Shown here one piece after another: positions 1 through 10,974 of a stretch of DNA of 64,000 nt. Made by a program: the position numbers and the translations under genes. Origin of the DNA: a bacterium (GTDB lineage Bacteria; Babelota; Babeliae; Babelales; JABGSX01); assembly GCA_018647505.1 (NCBI GenBank), contig JABGSX010000006.1, forward strand, positions 245-64,244. The letters run 5' to 3'. The notes under the pieces are model-generated. The model was not told where the DNA came from. It ran no database searches and saw only the letters and a list, made by a program, of their open reading frames with translations. Each line of letters begins with the position of its first letter. Within the stretch, counting starts at the first letter, position 1.

Positions 1-340
1 TTCTACGTGTTTCCTGATACCGCTTTAACAAAACACGAGAGCTTGATGTCAAAAAGCAAATTTTAACACTTCCTGTGCGATACTCATCAAGAGCTTTAAT
101 ATGGGCCAAAAGTTCGTTCATGTTATGTGCACCACGAACATCAATTCCAAGCGCCACCTTTTGTTCGCACATCTTTGGCTGATGAATAAGATCAAAAAAA
201 GCAGGTAACAAATCCAATGGTAAATTGTCCACACAAAAAAAGTCAAGGTCCTCTAGCGCCCTTAAAACAGTGTTTTTTCCAGACCCAGAATATCCAGTAA
301 CAACAATAACTTCACTTTCTGACTTCTCTATGTGACCCAC
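1..340 (-). CDS. rapZ: RapZ/YvcJ-family nucleotide-binding RNase adapter protein, N-terminal part (3' end lies beyond window start)
   Basis: Own minus-strand translation from GTG 340-338 (SD AAGGGA just upstream): VGHIEKSESEVIVVTGYSGSGKNTVLRALEDLDFFCVDNLPLDLLP... P-loop GYSGSGK followed by LEDL.FFCVDNLP is the RapZ signature. Not in the ORF track because it runs off the window. Confidence 0.8.
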   Translation of the reverse strand, partial: MGHIEKSESEVIVVTGYSGSGKNTVLRALEDLDFFCVDNLPLDLLPAFFDLIHQPKMCEQKVALGIDVRGAHNMNELLAHIKALDEYRTGSVKICFLTSSSRVLLKRYQETRR

Positions 341-588
341 AACAATCCCTTGAATTCAATCAAAAGCTAAATGTAATAATTGTTTTATATGATAACAATT
401 TCCACATTAATAAAAAATAACAATTAATAGTCTAAAAACAAAAAATATTAAAAAGTCTTTAAAATTGACAATAAGAAAAGACGATCCAAGACTACTCTAA
501 AAAAGCAGCAATACAATCTGCAACCGAAATAACCCCCCTCAAAAAAGCAAAAGGCAGAAAAACCATTGCATAAGCCTAACTGCTTTTT

Positions 589-617
589 TTGACAATATGA
601 ATTACTTAGGGTAGAAT
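589..617 (+). promoter_or_regulatory. Near-consensus sigma70-type promoter
   Basis: TTGACA (589-594), 17-nt spacer, TAGAAT (612-617), read directly. Lies ~38 nt upstream of the ATG at 656. Confidence 0.45.
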
Positions 618-621
618 TATA

Positions 622-647
622 CATGAATTTGTTAGTTTAAATTCATG
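622..647 (+). promoter_or_regulatory. Perfect 9-bp inverted repeat in the 5' leader (operator site or RNA hairpin)
   Basis: CATGAATTT (622-630), 8-nt spacer, AAATTCATG (639-647). Sits between the -10 box and the SD GAGGGA (647-652). Confidence 0.4.
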
Positions 648-655
648 AGGGATAT

Positions 656-793
656 ATGGGTAAACGTGGCAGATATATTTTATCTGTGACATTATTTGCA
701 AGCTTGATGTTCGTGTTTCTTTTTATTCTTACAACAGCAAATCCACCAAGAAAAACACCAGTTTCGAAAACAGGCTACGCAATAGAAGCGTAA
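656..793 (+). CDS. Small hypothetical membrane protein (45 aa)
   Basis: Own translation: MGKRGRYILSVTLFASLMFVFLFILTTANPPRKTPVSKTGYAIEA. Has an SD, an upstream promoter and a downstream hairpin terminator. One hydrophobic helix. Below the ORF-track length cutoff. Confidence 0.3.
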   Translation: MGKRGRYILSVTLFASLMFVFLFILTTANPPRKTPVSKTGYAIEA

Positions 794-810
794 AGCAAAG
801 AAAAATAACA

Positions 811-839
811 AACCCCTGATTAAAAAATCGGGGGTTTTT
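811..839. terminator. Hairpin terminator between the small ORF (+) and glmS (-)
   Basis: AACCCC (811-816) pairs with GGGGTT (831-836), followed by a T-run. Confidence 0.6.
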
Positions 840-840
840 A

Positions 841-2685
841 TTATTCTACAGTTACAGATTTTGCAAGATTGCGAGGCTTGTCAATCGGACAGCCAAGCTC
901 ATTGGCAATACAGTAAACAAAAAACTGCATAACCCCAACCATAGCAATAGGCGCCAACAACGGTGCAACTTTAGGAAAAACAAAGCACACATCCGATAGC
1001 TGCTCAAGCTCATGTTGCCCTTCAAATATAAACGACACAAGATGACCACCTCTAGCCTTTACCTCTTGAGCATTGGCTACAATTTTTTGATAAATAAGAT
1101 CGTCTATATGAGAAAATAAAAACACAGGCGTGCGATCATCTATTAGCGCAATTGGGCCATGCTTAAGTTCTCCTGCAGGATAACTTTGAGAAAATATATA
1201 AGAAATTTCTTTCAACTTAAGCGCAGCTTCCAGAGCAAGTGGATACCCAACGTGTCGCCCCAAAAATATAAATCTGTCATACTTGGAATACGTTTTTGCG
1301 TAATCCTTTTTTATAATTCGCTTGTAATTATCAATTGAGCACTCAAGGACCTGCGCACTTATCAGCAAATCTTCAATCGAAGCATCCATCTCTTTTCTAG
1401 ATATAAGCCCTCTCTCAAATGCAATCTTGTTTGCAAGCCAGTACAAAACAGAAATTTGTGTTGTAAAGGCCTTAGTCGATGCAACAGCAATTTCTGGCCC
1501 AGCCTTTGTCAGCAAAAACCCATTGGCCTCTCTTACCATGGTGCTTGACGCAACATTTGCCAAAATAACAGTTGGAGCTCCAGATGCATTTATTTTTCGC
1601 AATGCCTCAAGGGTGTCCGCCGTCTCTCCAGACTGAGAAATAGCAATATAAAGGCATTTTTTATTTGGAAAAAACGGCCTATACCTGAATTCTGAAGCAA
1701 GAGAAACAGACGCTGGAATACCGCAAATCATTTCGAAAAAGAACTGTGCAATACGCCCGGCATGCCATGACGTACCAGCACCAACCATACAGATGCCCTC
1801 CATTTCTTTCAGAAAATTTTCAGAAAGGCCCATATAATCCAATATTTTATTTTCTAACGATTGCTGCATTTTTACAGAAGCATAAATTGCCTCTTTTTGC
1901 TCATAAATCTCTTTAAGCATGTAATGCTCAAAGCCACCTTTTTCATTTTTAGACCAATCAAAATGGATGTCTTCTATGTGTAGCGGCAATGGATTACCAG
2001 AAAAATCGAAAAGCTTTACTTCGTCCTTTTTAATAATGGCAAAACTCTCATCTGGCATAAACAAAACTTTTTTAACATTTCCAGCAAATGCCAAAAAATC
2101 TGATGCTGCAAACACCTCTTTGTCGCCTATTCCAATGCACAAAGGAGATCGCCTTCTTACAGCGATCATCGTGTCAGAAAACTCTTGTGCTAAAGCCAAA
2201 AAGGCAAATGCCCCATCAAGCTCACTAACCAATAAACAAATAGCTTTTTTTAAACTTTTTTCTTGAGAAATAAGCGCACTTAAAAAGTGTGCAATAACCT
2301 CTGTATCAGTCTCAGAATGAAACACATGTCCAGATTTTTTCAAAGTATTGCGAAGCTCATGATGATTTTCTACAATTCCATTATGCACTACCGCAACAGT
2401 TTTTTCACAGTTAAAGTGTGGATGAGCGTTGTTGGTTGTAGCCGGCCCATGAGTCGCCCACCTTGTATGCCCTATTCCTAAAAAGCCATCTATTGGCGCA
2501 TCTTCCAACATTCCAACCAGATTAGATAAACTCCCCTTGGCTTTTATGTAAACCAAGCGATTATCACTAGGATGCATACATGAAAATCCTGCAGAGTCAT
2601 ACCCTCTATACTCTAGTCTACGAAGACCTTCTATAACAAAGTCTCTACAGTTGCGTTTTCCCACATAGCCAACAATACTACACAT
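841..2685 (-). CDS. glmS: Glutamine--fructose-6-phosphate aminotransferase
   Basis: 614 aa. N-terminal MCSIVGY (Cys2 nucleophile of class II amidotransferases), SIS-domain blocks, C-terminal ...AKSVTVE. Confidence 0.97.
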   Translation of the reverse strand: MCSIVGYVGKRNCRDFVIEGLRRLEYRGYDSAGFSCMHPSDNRLVYIKAKGSLSNLVGMLEDAPIDGFLGIGHTRWATHGPATTNNAHPHFNCEKTVAVVHNGIVENHHELRNTLKKSGHVFHSETDTEVIAHFLSALISQEKSLKKAICLLVSELDGAFAFLALAQEFSDTMIAVRRRSPLCIGIGDKEVFAASDFLAFAGNVKKVLFMPDESFAIIKKDEVKLFDFSGNPLPLHIEDIHFDWSKNEKGGFEHYMLKEIYEQKEAIYASVKMQQSLENKILDYMGLSENFLKEMEGICMVGAGTSWHAGRIAQFFFEMICGIPASVSLASEFRYRPFFPNKKCLYIAISQSGETADTLEALRKINASGAPTVILANVASSTMVREANGFLLTKAGPEIAVASTKAFTTQISVLYWLANKIAFERGLISRKEMDASIEDLLISAQVLECSIDNYKRIIKKDYAKTYSKYDRFIFLGRHVGYPLALEAALKLKEISYIFSQSYPAGELKHGPIALIDDRTPVFLFSHIDDLIYQKIVANAQEVKARGGHLVSFIFEGQHELEQLSDVCFVFPKVAPLLAPIAMVGVMQFFVYCIANELGCPIDKPRNLAKSVTVE

Positions 2686-2752
2686 AGCTCCCCTTTAGCA
2701 GGAAATACCTAAACTACAAAATACTGATAAAAAGTTTATAACGGAATGCGAA

Positions 2753-3196
2753 TTAACGCTTAACAAATTGGAACTTACGACGAGCACCACGTTGTCCATA
2801 TTTTTTTCTCTCTTTTACCCGAGAATCAACCGACAATAACTTGTACTCTTTTAAAACAGACCTTAAATCTGGATCGATTGTAACCAACGCACGAGAAATA
2901 CCAAGTTTAACAGCATCGGCCTGTGCGGTTTGCCCACCACCTACAATGTTAACTTTTATGCTATATCCAGAAAAAGTGTCCGAACAAATAGAAATTGGGA
3001 ATACCGCAGTTTTGCGTGTAAGTTCTGTGTCAAAATATTCTTCAAAAGGCCTGTTATTAACTACAATGTCGCCTTTCCCCTTAAGCAACCAAACCCTGGC
3101 AACTGCGCATTTACGACGTCCTACACCGTGAGCAATTTTTTTGGTGACAACTTTCTTAGTCTTCTTTTCAACTTTGGTTGTTTTAGCTTCTTCCAT
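2753..3196 (-). CDS. rpsI: 30S ribosomal protein S9
   Basis: 147 aa. GGGQTAQADAVKLGISRAL block and the C-terminus ...RKKYGQRGARRKFQFVKR. Confidence 0.97.
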   Translation of the reverse strand: MEEAKTTKVEKKTKKVVTKKIAHGVGRRKCAVARVWLLKGKGDIVVNNRPFEEYFDTELTRKTAVFPISICSDTFSGYSIKVNIVGGGQTAQADAVKLGISRALVTIDPDLRSVLKEYKLLSVDSRVKERKKYGQRGARRKFQFVKR

Positions 3197-3348
3197 ATTT
3201 CCAATCGGCCTTCAAATAATACTTAACAATAATTTCATTTAAACAAAACAACGGGAAAATCCCCATGAGAGAATGATACCCCGAGATAAAAGAAAAGTCA
3301 AAGCAATCTCACTAAAAAAGGCACACCCAAACAGTATGCCAATATTTA

Positions 3349-3424
3349 TGGAGCCGATGATCGGATTTGAACCGACGACCTATTGATTACGAATCAATTG
3401 CTCTACCAGCTGAGCTACATCGGC
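3349..3424 (-). tRNA. tRNA-Thr (anticodon CGU), CCA encoded
   Basis: Manual cloverleaf: acceptor GCCGATG/CATCGGC, D-arm GCTC..GAGC, anticodon stem ATTGA/TCAAT with loop TTCGTAA, T-arm GTCGG-TTCAAAT-CCGAT. Confidence 0.9.
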
Positions 3425-3432
3425 ACACGGAT

Positions 3433-3807
3433 CTACATTTCCTGTTTTTCCTCGTACGCCTCCTGACAAGCGACACACCTAGATGCATTTGGATATGCAT
3501 GAAGCCTCTTTTCTGCAATGGCCACGTCACACTCTAGACAGATTCCGTATGTACCATTTTCAATCATTTCAAGCGCACCTATAATTCTAGTGTACTCCTC
3601 AAATTCATTATTTTGAAGAGAGCTTCTTAACGCTTCTAATGAAGACGTCGATGCCTGATCTCCAGGATCTAAAACCTGATCGGTAGATATCTTTTCTGAT
3701 GCCAATTCTGCAAGCTCATTTTCAAGCTCGTCTTTGCGCACCAACATTTCTCTTTTTACCTCATCCAAATTGATCTTTCCAGATGGACTATTTTTCATCT
3801 CTATCAC
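3433..3807 (-). CDS. DksA/TraR-family C4 zinc-finger protein
   Basis: 124 aa. N-terminal coiled-coil-like acidic region followed by CLEC-N17-CVAC. Confidence 0.8.
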   Translation of the reverse strand: MIEMKNSPSGKINLDEVKREMLVRKDELENELAELASEKISTDQVLDPGDQASTSSLEALRSSLQNNEFEEYTRIIGALEMIENGTYGICLECDVAIAEKRLHAYPNASRCVACQEAYEEKQEM

Positions 3808-4291
3808 CTTTTTCTATCCTTCGTTTCTTAAAAAAACACTTTAACAACTTTGCTGCTTGCTCCCCACATACTCCCCCTACAATCTCTTCAACATGTTTCT
3901 TGTATATCTGAATGCCATTAACACTGTCAAGAGGATATCCAAATAATGGGGATTCTGCACCATAAACAAGCCTAGAACAACGACTAACCCCAACTGCATG
4001 AAAACACATTCCACACGGCTGCAAAGTAACATAGATCGAACAACCTTCAAGTCGCCAATCTCCTATTTTCTTCGCCGCCTTTGCAATAGCACAAAGTTCC
4101 GCATGAGCGAGTGGATTATTATTCTTTTCCACAAGATTGTAACCTCGCCCTATAATTTTCCCATCTGGGGCCACAACAACCGCTCCGATTGGCACCTCCC
4201 CAATATCATAAGCCTTTTGTGCCAACTTTATTGCTTTCTTCATAAAATAAATGTCGTCTATTTTCGAACTCCAATTACTTTTACTAAGCAT
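3788..4291 (-). CDS. tadA: tRNA-specific adenosine deaminase
   Basis: 167 aa. CMP/dCMP deaminase zinc motifs HAE (LAHAELCAI) and PCGMC. Confidence 0.9.
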   Translation of the reverse strand: MLSKSNWSSKIDDIYFMKKAIKLAQKAYDIGEVPIGAVVVAPDGKIIGRGYNLVEKNNNPLAHAELCAIAKAAKKIGDWRLEGCSIYVTLQPCGMCFHAVGVSRCSRLVYGAESPLFGYPLDSVNGIQIYKKHVEEIVGGVCGEQAAKLLKCFFKKRRIEKGDRDEK

Positions 4292-4519
4292 ATCTATTGT
4301 CTGCCTCTTCCTTTTTTAAAATAAAAAACTCTTTAACACATATTGCCACATAATTGGCAACTGAGGGCTAATATTACACAAAACTAAAAAAAATCCAACA
4401 TTTTTTAGCAAAAAAAAACATGTAAAAATAAACGCACTCAATCGACAAAATTAGAAAAAAAACACATTATCCTTTATACTATATATACAAATTTGTTACG
4501 CATTAATTTGAGATTTTAA

Positions 4520-6994
<2,475 letters not shown>

Positions 6995-7032
6995 TTAGAA
7001 ATAAAACAACTTCTAGCGGACATTACAAAATT

Positions 7033-7061
7033 AGAGCAGGCACTTTTTAAGCGCCTGCTCT
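7033..7061. terminator. Bidirectional hairpin terminator between convergent gyrB and the HMG-CoA reductase gene
   Basis: AGAGCAGGC (7033-7041) pairs with GCCTGCTCT (7053-7061), followed by TTTTAT. Confidence 0.75.
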
Positions 7062-7073
7062 TTTATCTTTCAG

Positions 7074-8309
7074 TTAACGATTCAATCTTTTGTGCGACCT
7101 TGCCAAATCATGCGAACATAATGCTCCAATAAGCGAAAGTTCTCCGGCCAAAACACCGACTGCAATTATTTCGGCTAATTTTTTTGAATTGTACCCGGTC
7201 TCTTTGATAGGAGCATGCACTCCAAGAATTCTAAGGCATTCATTTTGCGTAGCAAGAACTGTACCTCCACCAATTACACCAACTTGCAACGCAGGCAACG
7301 TAACAGAGAAAAGAACATTTTTACCAGACTTTTCAACTGTTGTAAAACCATGTGAACCATCGACCACATGAGCAACATCTTGGCCCATGGCAATAAACAT
7401 TGCAGCAATTATATTTGCAAAATGAGCGTTATAACCTAAACTGCCCGCACTTGCACTGCCTAAAATATTTTTTCGATAATTTAAATCGACTAAACAATCA
7501 ACAGTTGTTTTTAAGTTGTTCTCAACAATTTCTTTTGAAATCATTACCGACGCAACAACTTTTTTGCCACGCCCATTAATTAAATTCATTGCGCTAGGTT
7601 TTTTATCAACACACATATTTCCCGACTCGGAAATAAATTCAACACCCCTGAAAACACTAACAATATATTCCACAATTTTTTTGCCTGCAATGGTGATCAT
7701 ATTCATACCCATTGCATCGCCAGTATTTGCTTCCAATTGTAACCAAACATTAAGACCAACAACATATGGGTTTATTTTTTCTACTCTTATAAAGTCTTCA
7801 TCCTGCTCGCCAACCTTTTTTAAATCCTCAAAATTTTCATATACCCATATGCAAAATCTTTTTGCTTCTACAATCGAATTGACTTTGAACAATATCGACC
7901 GAGTCTGAAAATCCTTCAGAACGACAACCTGTGCCCCCCCGCTTTTGTTTATTACACTACAACCTCGATTTACAGAAGCCGCCAGCGCACCTTCTGTTGT
8001 AGCAAGCGGCAGGTAAAAATTCCCCGTGGCATACTCACCTACAATTTTGACTGGCCCCACAATAGCCAAAGGAACCTGCACTGTACCAATCATATTTTCA
8101 ATATTTGCCGTGCACGTTTTTGGATCTAAACAAAAATTTCCTATATTTTCTAAGCATAAGTCCAATTGCGATTCTACAAACTCTCGTCTTATTCGTGTTG
8201 CTAGGTCAAGACCAACAAGATCATCAAGCTGATATAATTTTATTTTGCCACTAGATAATTTTTCAAAAATATCTTTCTTTTTACTCTGATAATCTAAATT
8301 TGTAGCCAT
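7074..8309 (-). CDS. hmgA: HMG-CoA reductase, class I type
   Basis: LATTEGALAASVNRG and DAMGMNM motifs. I place the start at ATG 8309 (SD AAGGGGG 8 nt upstream) rather than the ORF-track TTG at 8339. Confidence 0.9.
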   Translation of the reverse strand: MATNLDYQSKKKDIFEKLSSGKIKLYQLDDLVGLDLATRIRREFVESQLDLCLENIGNFCLDPKTCTANIENMIGTVQVPLAIVGPVKIVGEYATGNFYLPLATTEGALAASVNRGCSVINKSGGAQVVVLKDFQTRSILFKVNSIVEAKRFCIWVYENFEDLKKVGEQDEDFIRVEKINPYVVGLNVWLQLEANTGDAMGMNMITIAGKKIVEYIVSVFRGVEFISESGNMCVDKKPSAMNLINGRGKKVVASVMISKEIVENNLKTTVDCLVDLNYRKNILGSASAGSLGYNAHFANIIAAMFIAMGQDVAHVVDGSHGFTTVEKSGKNVLFSVTLPALQVGVIGGGTVLATQNECLRILGVHAPIKETGYNSKKLAEIIAVGVLAGELSLIGALCSHDLARSHKRLNR

Positions 8310-8691
8310 AACAAATTGCCCCCTTGCGACCACTTTCAAAAACTTTCCTAAAGACCACCTCTACATTTTTCCCTATTACAACCTCATCTGCTTCACAATC
8401 GACAATTTGAGCAGTCAAACATGGGCCTTCGCTCAACTGAACAATAGCCAAAGCATATGGTATTTCACATATTATTTTTTCTAAAACATCGTCGCCTGCT
8501 ATAGGAGTTCTTATAATCGTAAATGTTTTTATTACACCTTGACCTTCAAGCTTATGATCCTGCAATTTTGAAGATCCACACTTTTTGCATATCGGTCTTG
8601 CGGGAAAAAATAGCGCTCCGCACTTTTCGCACTCTTTGCCAACCAACTCGTAATACTCAGGCATCTTTCGCCAAATTTTTGCCGACGTCAT
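8281..8691 (-). CDS. DUF35-type zinc-ribbon/OB-fold protein (thiolase/HMG-CoA synthase partner subunit)
   Basis: CEKCG...CKKCGS zinc ribbon followed by a beta-rich region. Start set at ATG 8691 with SD GAGGAA, 7 nt after the thiolase stop. Confidence 0.8.
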   Translation of the reverse strand: MTSAKIWRKMPEYYELVGKECEKCGALFFPARPICKKCGSSKLQDHKLEGQGVIKTFTIIRTPIAGDDVLEKIICEIPYALAIVQLSEGPCLTAQIVDCEADEVVIGKNVEVVFRKVFESGRKGAICYGYKFRLSE

Positions 8692-8698
8692 AATTTCC

Positions 8699-9853
8699 TC
8701 ATTTTTTGAATATGTGAACCACCGCTGTTCCGCCGCTTCCACCAATATTGTGAGTCAGTCCAATCTCAGCGTTAATACATTTTCCCTTCGTCCGACCACT
8801 TAAAATAGATACTATTTCTACAGCTTGCATCACACCAGTCGCTCCAATGGGATGTCCTTTTGCCTTTAGACCCCCCGAAACATTTATAGGTATCTTACCT
8901 GTTATGTCAGTATTTCCCGCCTGAACAAATGGTCCGGATTTTCCTTTCTCAACAAAACCCAAATCTTCTATAGCCAGCAATTCTGCAATTGTAAAACAAT
9001 CATGAACCTCCGCGATTTGCACATCACCGGGACCAACTCCAGCTTGTTGATACGCCTGCTTTGCTGCCAGAACTGTTGCTTTCAGCGTGAGCATATCATC
9101 TCTGTCGTGTAAACTTATTGTGTCAGTTGCGCAACCACTTCCAGCAATCCACACAGGCTCGACACTATTTTTTTGTGCGTAATCTTTGCTTACTAGAATC
9201 AATGCTGCCGCACCATCAGAAATTGGACTAGCGTCCAAAAGCTTAATCGGATCTGCAAGTTTGGTTGACCTAAGAACATCTTCCATCGTAATTTGTCTGT
9301 GAAATTGGGCGTATGGATTTGAAAGCGCATTTTGATGATTCTTAACAGCAACCAACGCCATCTGCTCCTCTGTTGTTCCAAACTTTTCCATATGCATACG
9401 TGCAATCATGGCATACAATCCAGGAAACGTCGCTCCAAAAACAGCTTCATTCTCATAGCTTGCTGCAGTTGAAAGAGCTCTGGTAACAGCAGCCCCTGAA
9501 ATGTCAGTCATTTTTTCCGCACCAACAACGACAACAACATCATGCATACCGGAAGCTACGTCTATGTAGGCCTGCCTCAATGCCAATCCTCCAGATGCAC
9601 AGGCACCCTCCACTCTGGTCGCAGGAACATTTTTTAGACCAGCCCAATCGGCAAACAGACTTCCAAGGTGCTCCTGAGAGGAAAACAATCCACCAGACAT
9701 CGAACCAACATACAGTGATTGCACGCTATCTCGTGAAATTCTTGCATCATTAAGCGACAAATTAATCGCACTTGTTGCCAGATCCTGTAAACCGTTGTCC
9801 CACAACTGCCCAAACTTTGTAGCGCCAACCCCTATTACAGCAACATCTCTCAT
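8699..9853 (-). CDS. Acetyl-CoA acetyltransferase (thiolase), archaeal-like short form
   Basis: 384 aa. Catalytic Cys context VEGACASGG, C-terminal GHPIGATG and NIGGSGG blocks. Confidence 0.9.
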   Translation of the reverse strand: MRDVAVIGVGATKFGQLWDNGLQDLATSAINLSLNDARISRDSVQSLYVGSMSGGLFSSQEHLGSLFADWAGLKNVPATRVEGACASGGLALRQAYIDVASGMHDVVVVVGAEKMTDISGAAVTRALSTAASYENEAVFGATFPGLYAMIARMHMEKFGTTEEQMALVAVKNHQNALSNPYAQFHRQITMEDVLRSTKLADPIKLLDASPISDGAAALILVSKDYAQKNSVEPVWIAGSGCATDTISLHDRDDMLTLKATVLAAKQAYQQAGVGPGDVQIAEVHDCFTIAELLAIEDLGFVEKGKSGPFVQAGNTDITGKIPINVSGGLKAKGHPIGATGVMQAVEIVSILSGRTKGKCINAEIGLTHNIGGSGGTAVVHIFKK

Positions 9854-10884
9854 TCCAATACCCCCGTATTTTTAAGATAATCGGTGTAGCTTATATAAAT
9901 TTTATTTTGTATGTATGATTCTACCGTTCTCGCTCGCGACCGAACCTTTTCGATTTCATCTGTAACGACAATATCAAAGCTGTCACTTCCTGCCCCCGAT
10001 CCATATGAGGTAACCAAAATGCTTTCACCCGGCTTTGCCACATCCAAAACAGCAGACAAACCCAACATCGATGCACCAGAATATGTATTTCCAATACGAT
10101 CAACTAAAAGACCCGGTGCATATTGCTTTTTGGTAAAGCCCAGGACCTTCGCAACTCTTTCTGGAAACTTTCCATTTGGTTGGTGAAATACAACATAATC
10201 GTAATCGTCCGAAGACTTACCAACCTCACCTAGCAACATCTTTGTCGCATTAATAATGTGCTTGTAATATGCTGGCTGGCCGGTAAATGCACCTGCGTGA
10301 GAAGGATATTTTTCATGCTCTCTTCTCCAAAAATCAGGGGTATCTGAAGTAAAGGAAACTGTATGATTTATTTGTGCCACAACATTATCTAATCCCAAAA
10401 TAAAAACTGCACCCCCCGCCGCTGCTGTATATTCAAGCGGATCACCCGGAGATGCCTGTGCTGTATCACACCCTCCAACAAGTACCAGCTTGGCCATTCC
10501 TGATTTAATCCACGCTAAACCAACTTGTATAGCAGCAGTTCCAGCCTTACAGGCAAACTCAAAATCTGCAGTAGTATATTTATTACCAACTCCTAATGCC
10601 TCCGCCAACACCGTTCCGGTAGGTTTTACCGCATATGGATGAGATTCACTTCCAATGTACAAGGCATCCAAGGTATCAGGTTTAATTCCGGCAACCTTTA
10701 TAGCATTCCTTGCAGCCTCCACAGAAATTGTAATTGTGTCCTCATCAATTCCAGGAACAGATTTTTCGATAACTTTAAGTCCAGACTTTATCTTCTCAGC
10801 ATCTGCAGACGACGAATTAGCAACTTCTTCAACCCGAATTCTATTGCGCGGAATATAACAACCCCAACCAACAATGCCAGCCAC
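9850..10884 (-). CDS. HMG-CoA synthase, short (~345 aa) archaeal-like form
   Basis: 344 aa. EFACKAGT catalytic Cys context, HQPNGKF, NTYSGAS. GTG start with SD AGGAGGG. 4-nt overlap with the thiolase start. Confidence 0.9.
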   Translation of the reverse strand: MAGIVGWGCYIPRNRIRVEEVANSSSADAEKIKSGLKVIEKSVPGIDEDTITISVEAARNAIKVAGIKPDTLDALYIGSESHPYAVKPTGTVLAEALGVGNKYTTADFEFACKAGTAAIQVGLAWIKSGMAKLVLVGGCDTAQASPGDPLEYTAAAGGAVFILGLDNVVAQINHTVSFTSDTPDFWRREHEKYPSHAGAFTGQPAYYKHIINATKMLLGEVGKSSDDYDYVVFHQPNGKFPERVAKVLGFTKKQYAPGLLVDRIGNTYSGASMLGLSAVLDVAKPGESILVTSYGSGAGSDSFDIVVTDEIEKVRSRARTVESYIQNKIYISYTDYLKNTGVLE

Positions 10885-10974
10885 TATTAACCCTCCTAAA
10901 AGTTAAAGCTTTAGTTCTATTTATACAAAAAAATTCGCCTTAATATAATACCGTTTAGCCTTTTTTGCAATTAT

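Noticed and set aside
2686-2752. glmS ribozyme upstream of glmS
   Set aside because: Only 67 nt separate the glmS start from the rpsI stop. That is too short for the ribozyme, and I saw no conserved core.
8310-8745. Long ORF-track N-terminal extensions of HMG-CoA reductase (to 8339) and the DUF35 protein (to 8745)
   Set aside because: The extensions start at a TTG (for HMG-CoA reductase) or overlap the upstream genes extensively. Internal ATGs with strong SDs (8309 and 8691) fit the operon spacing better.
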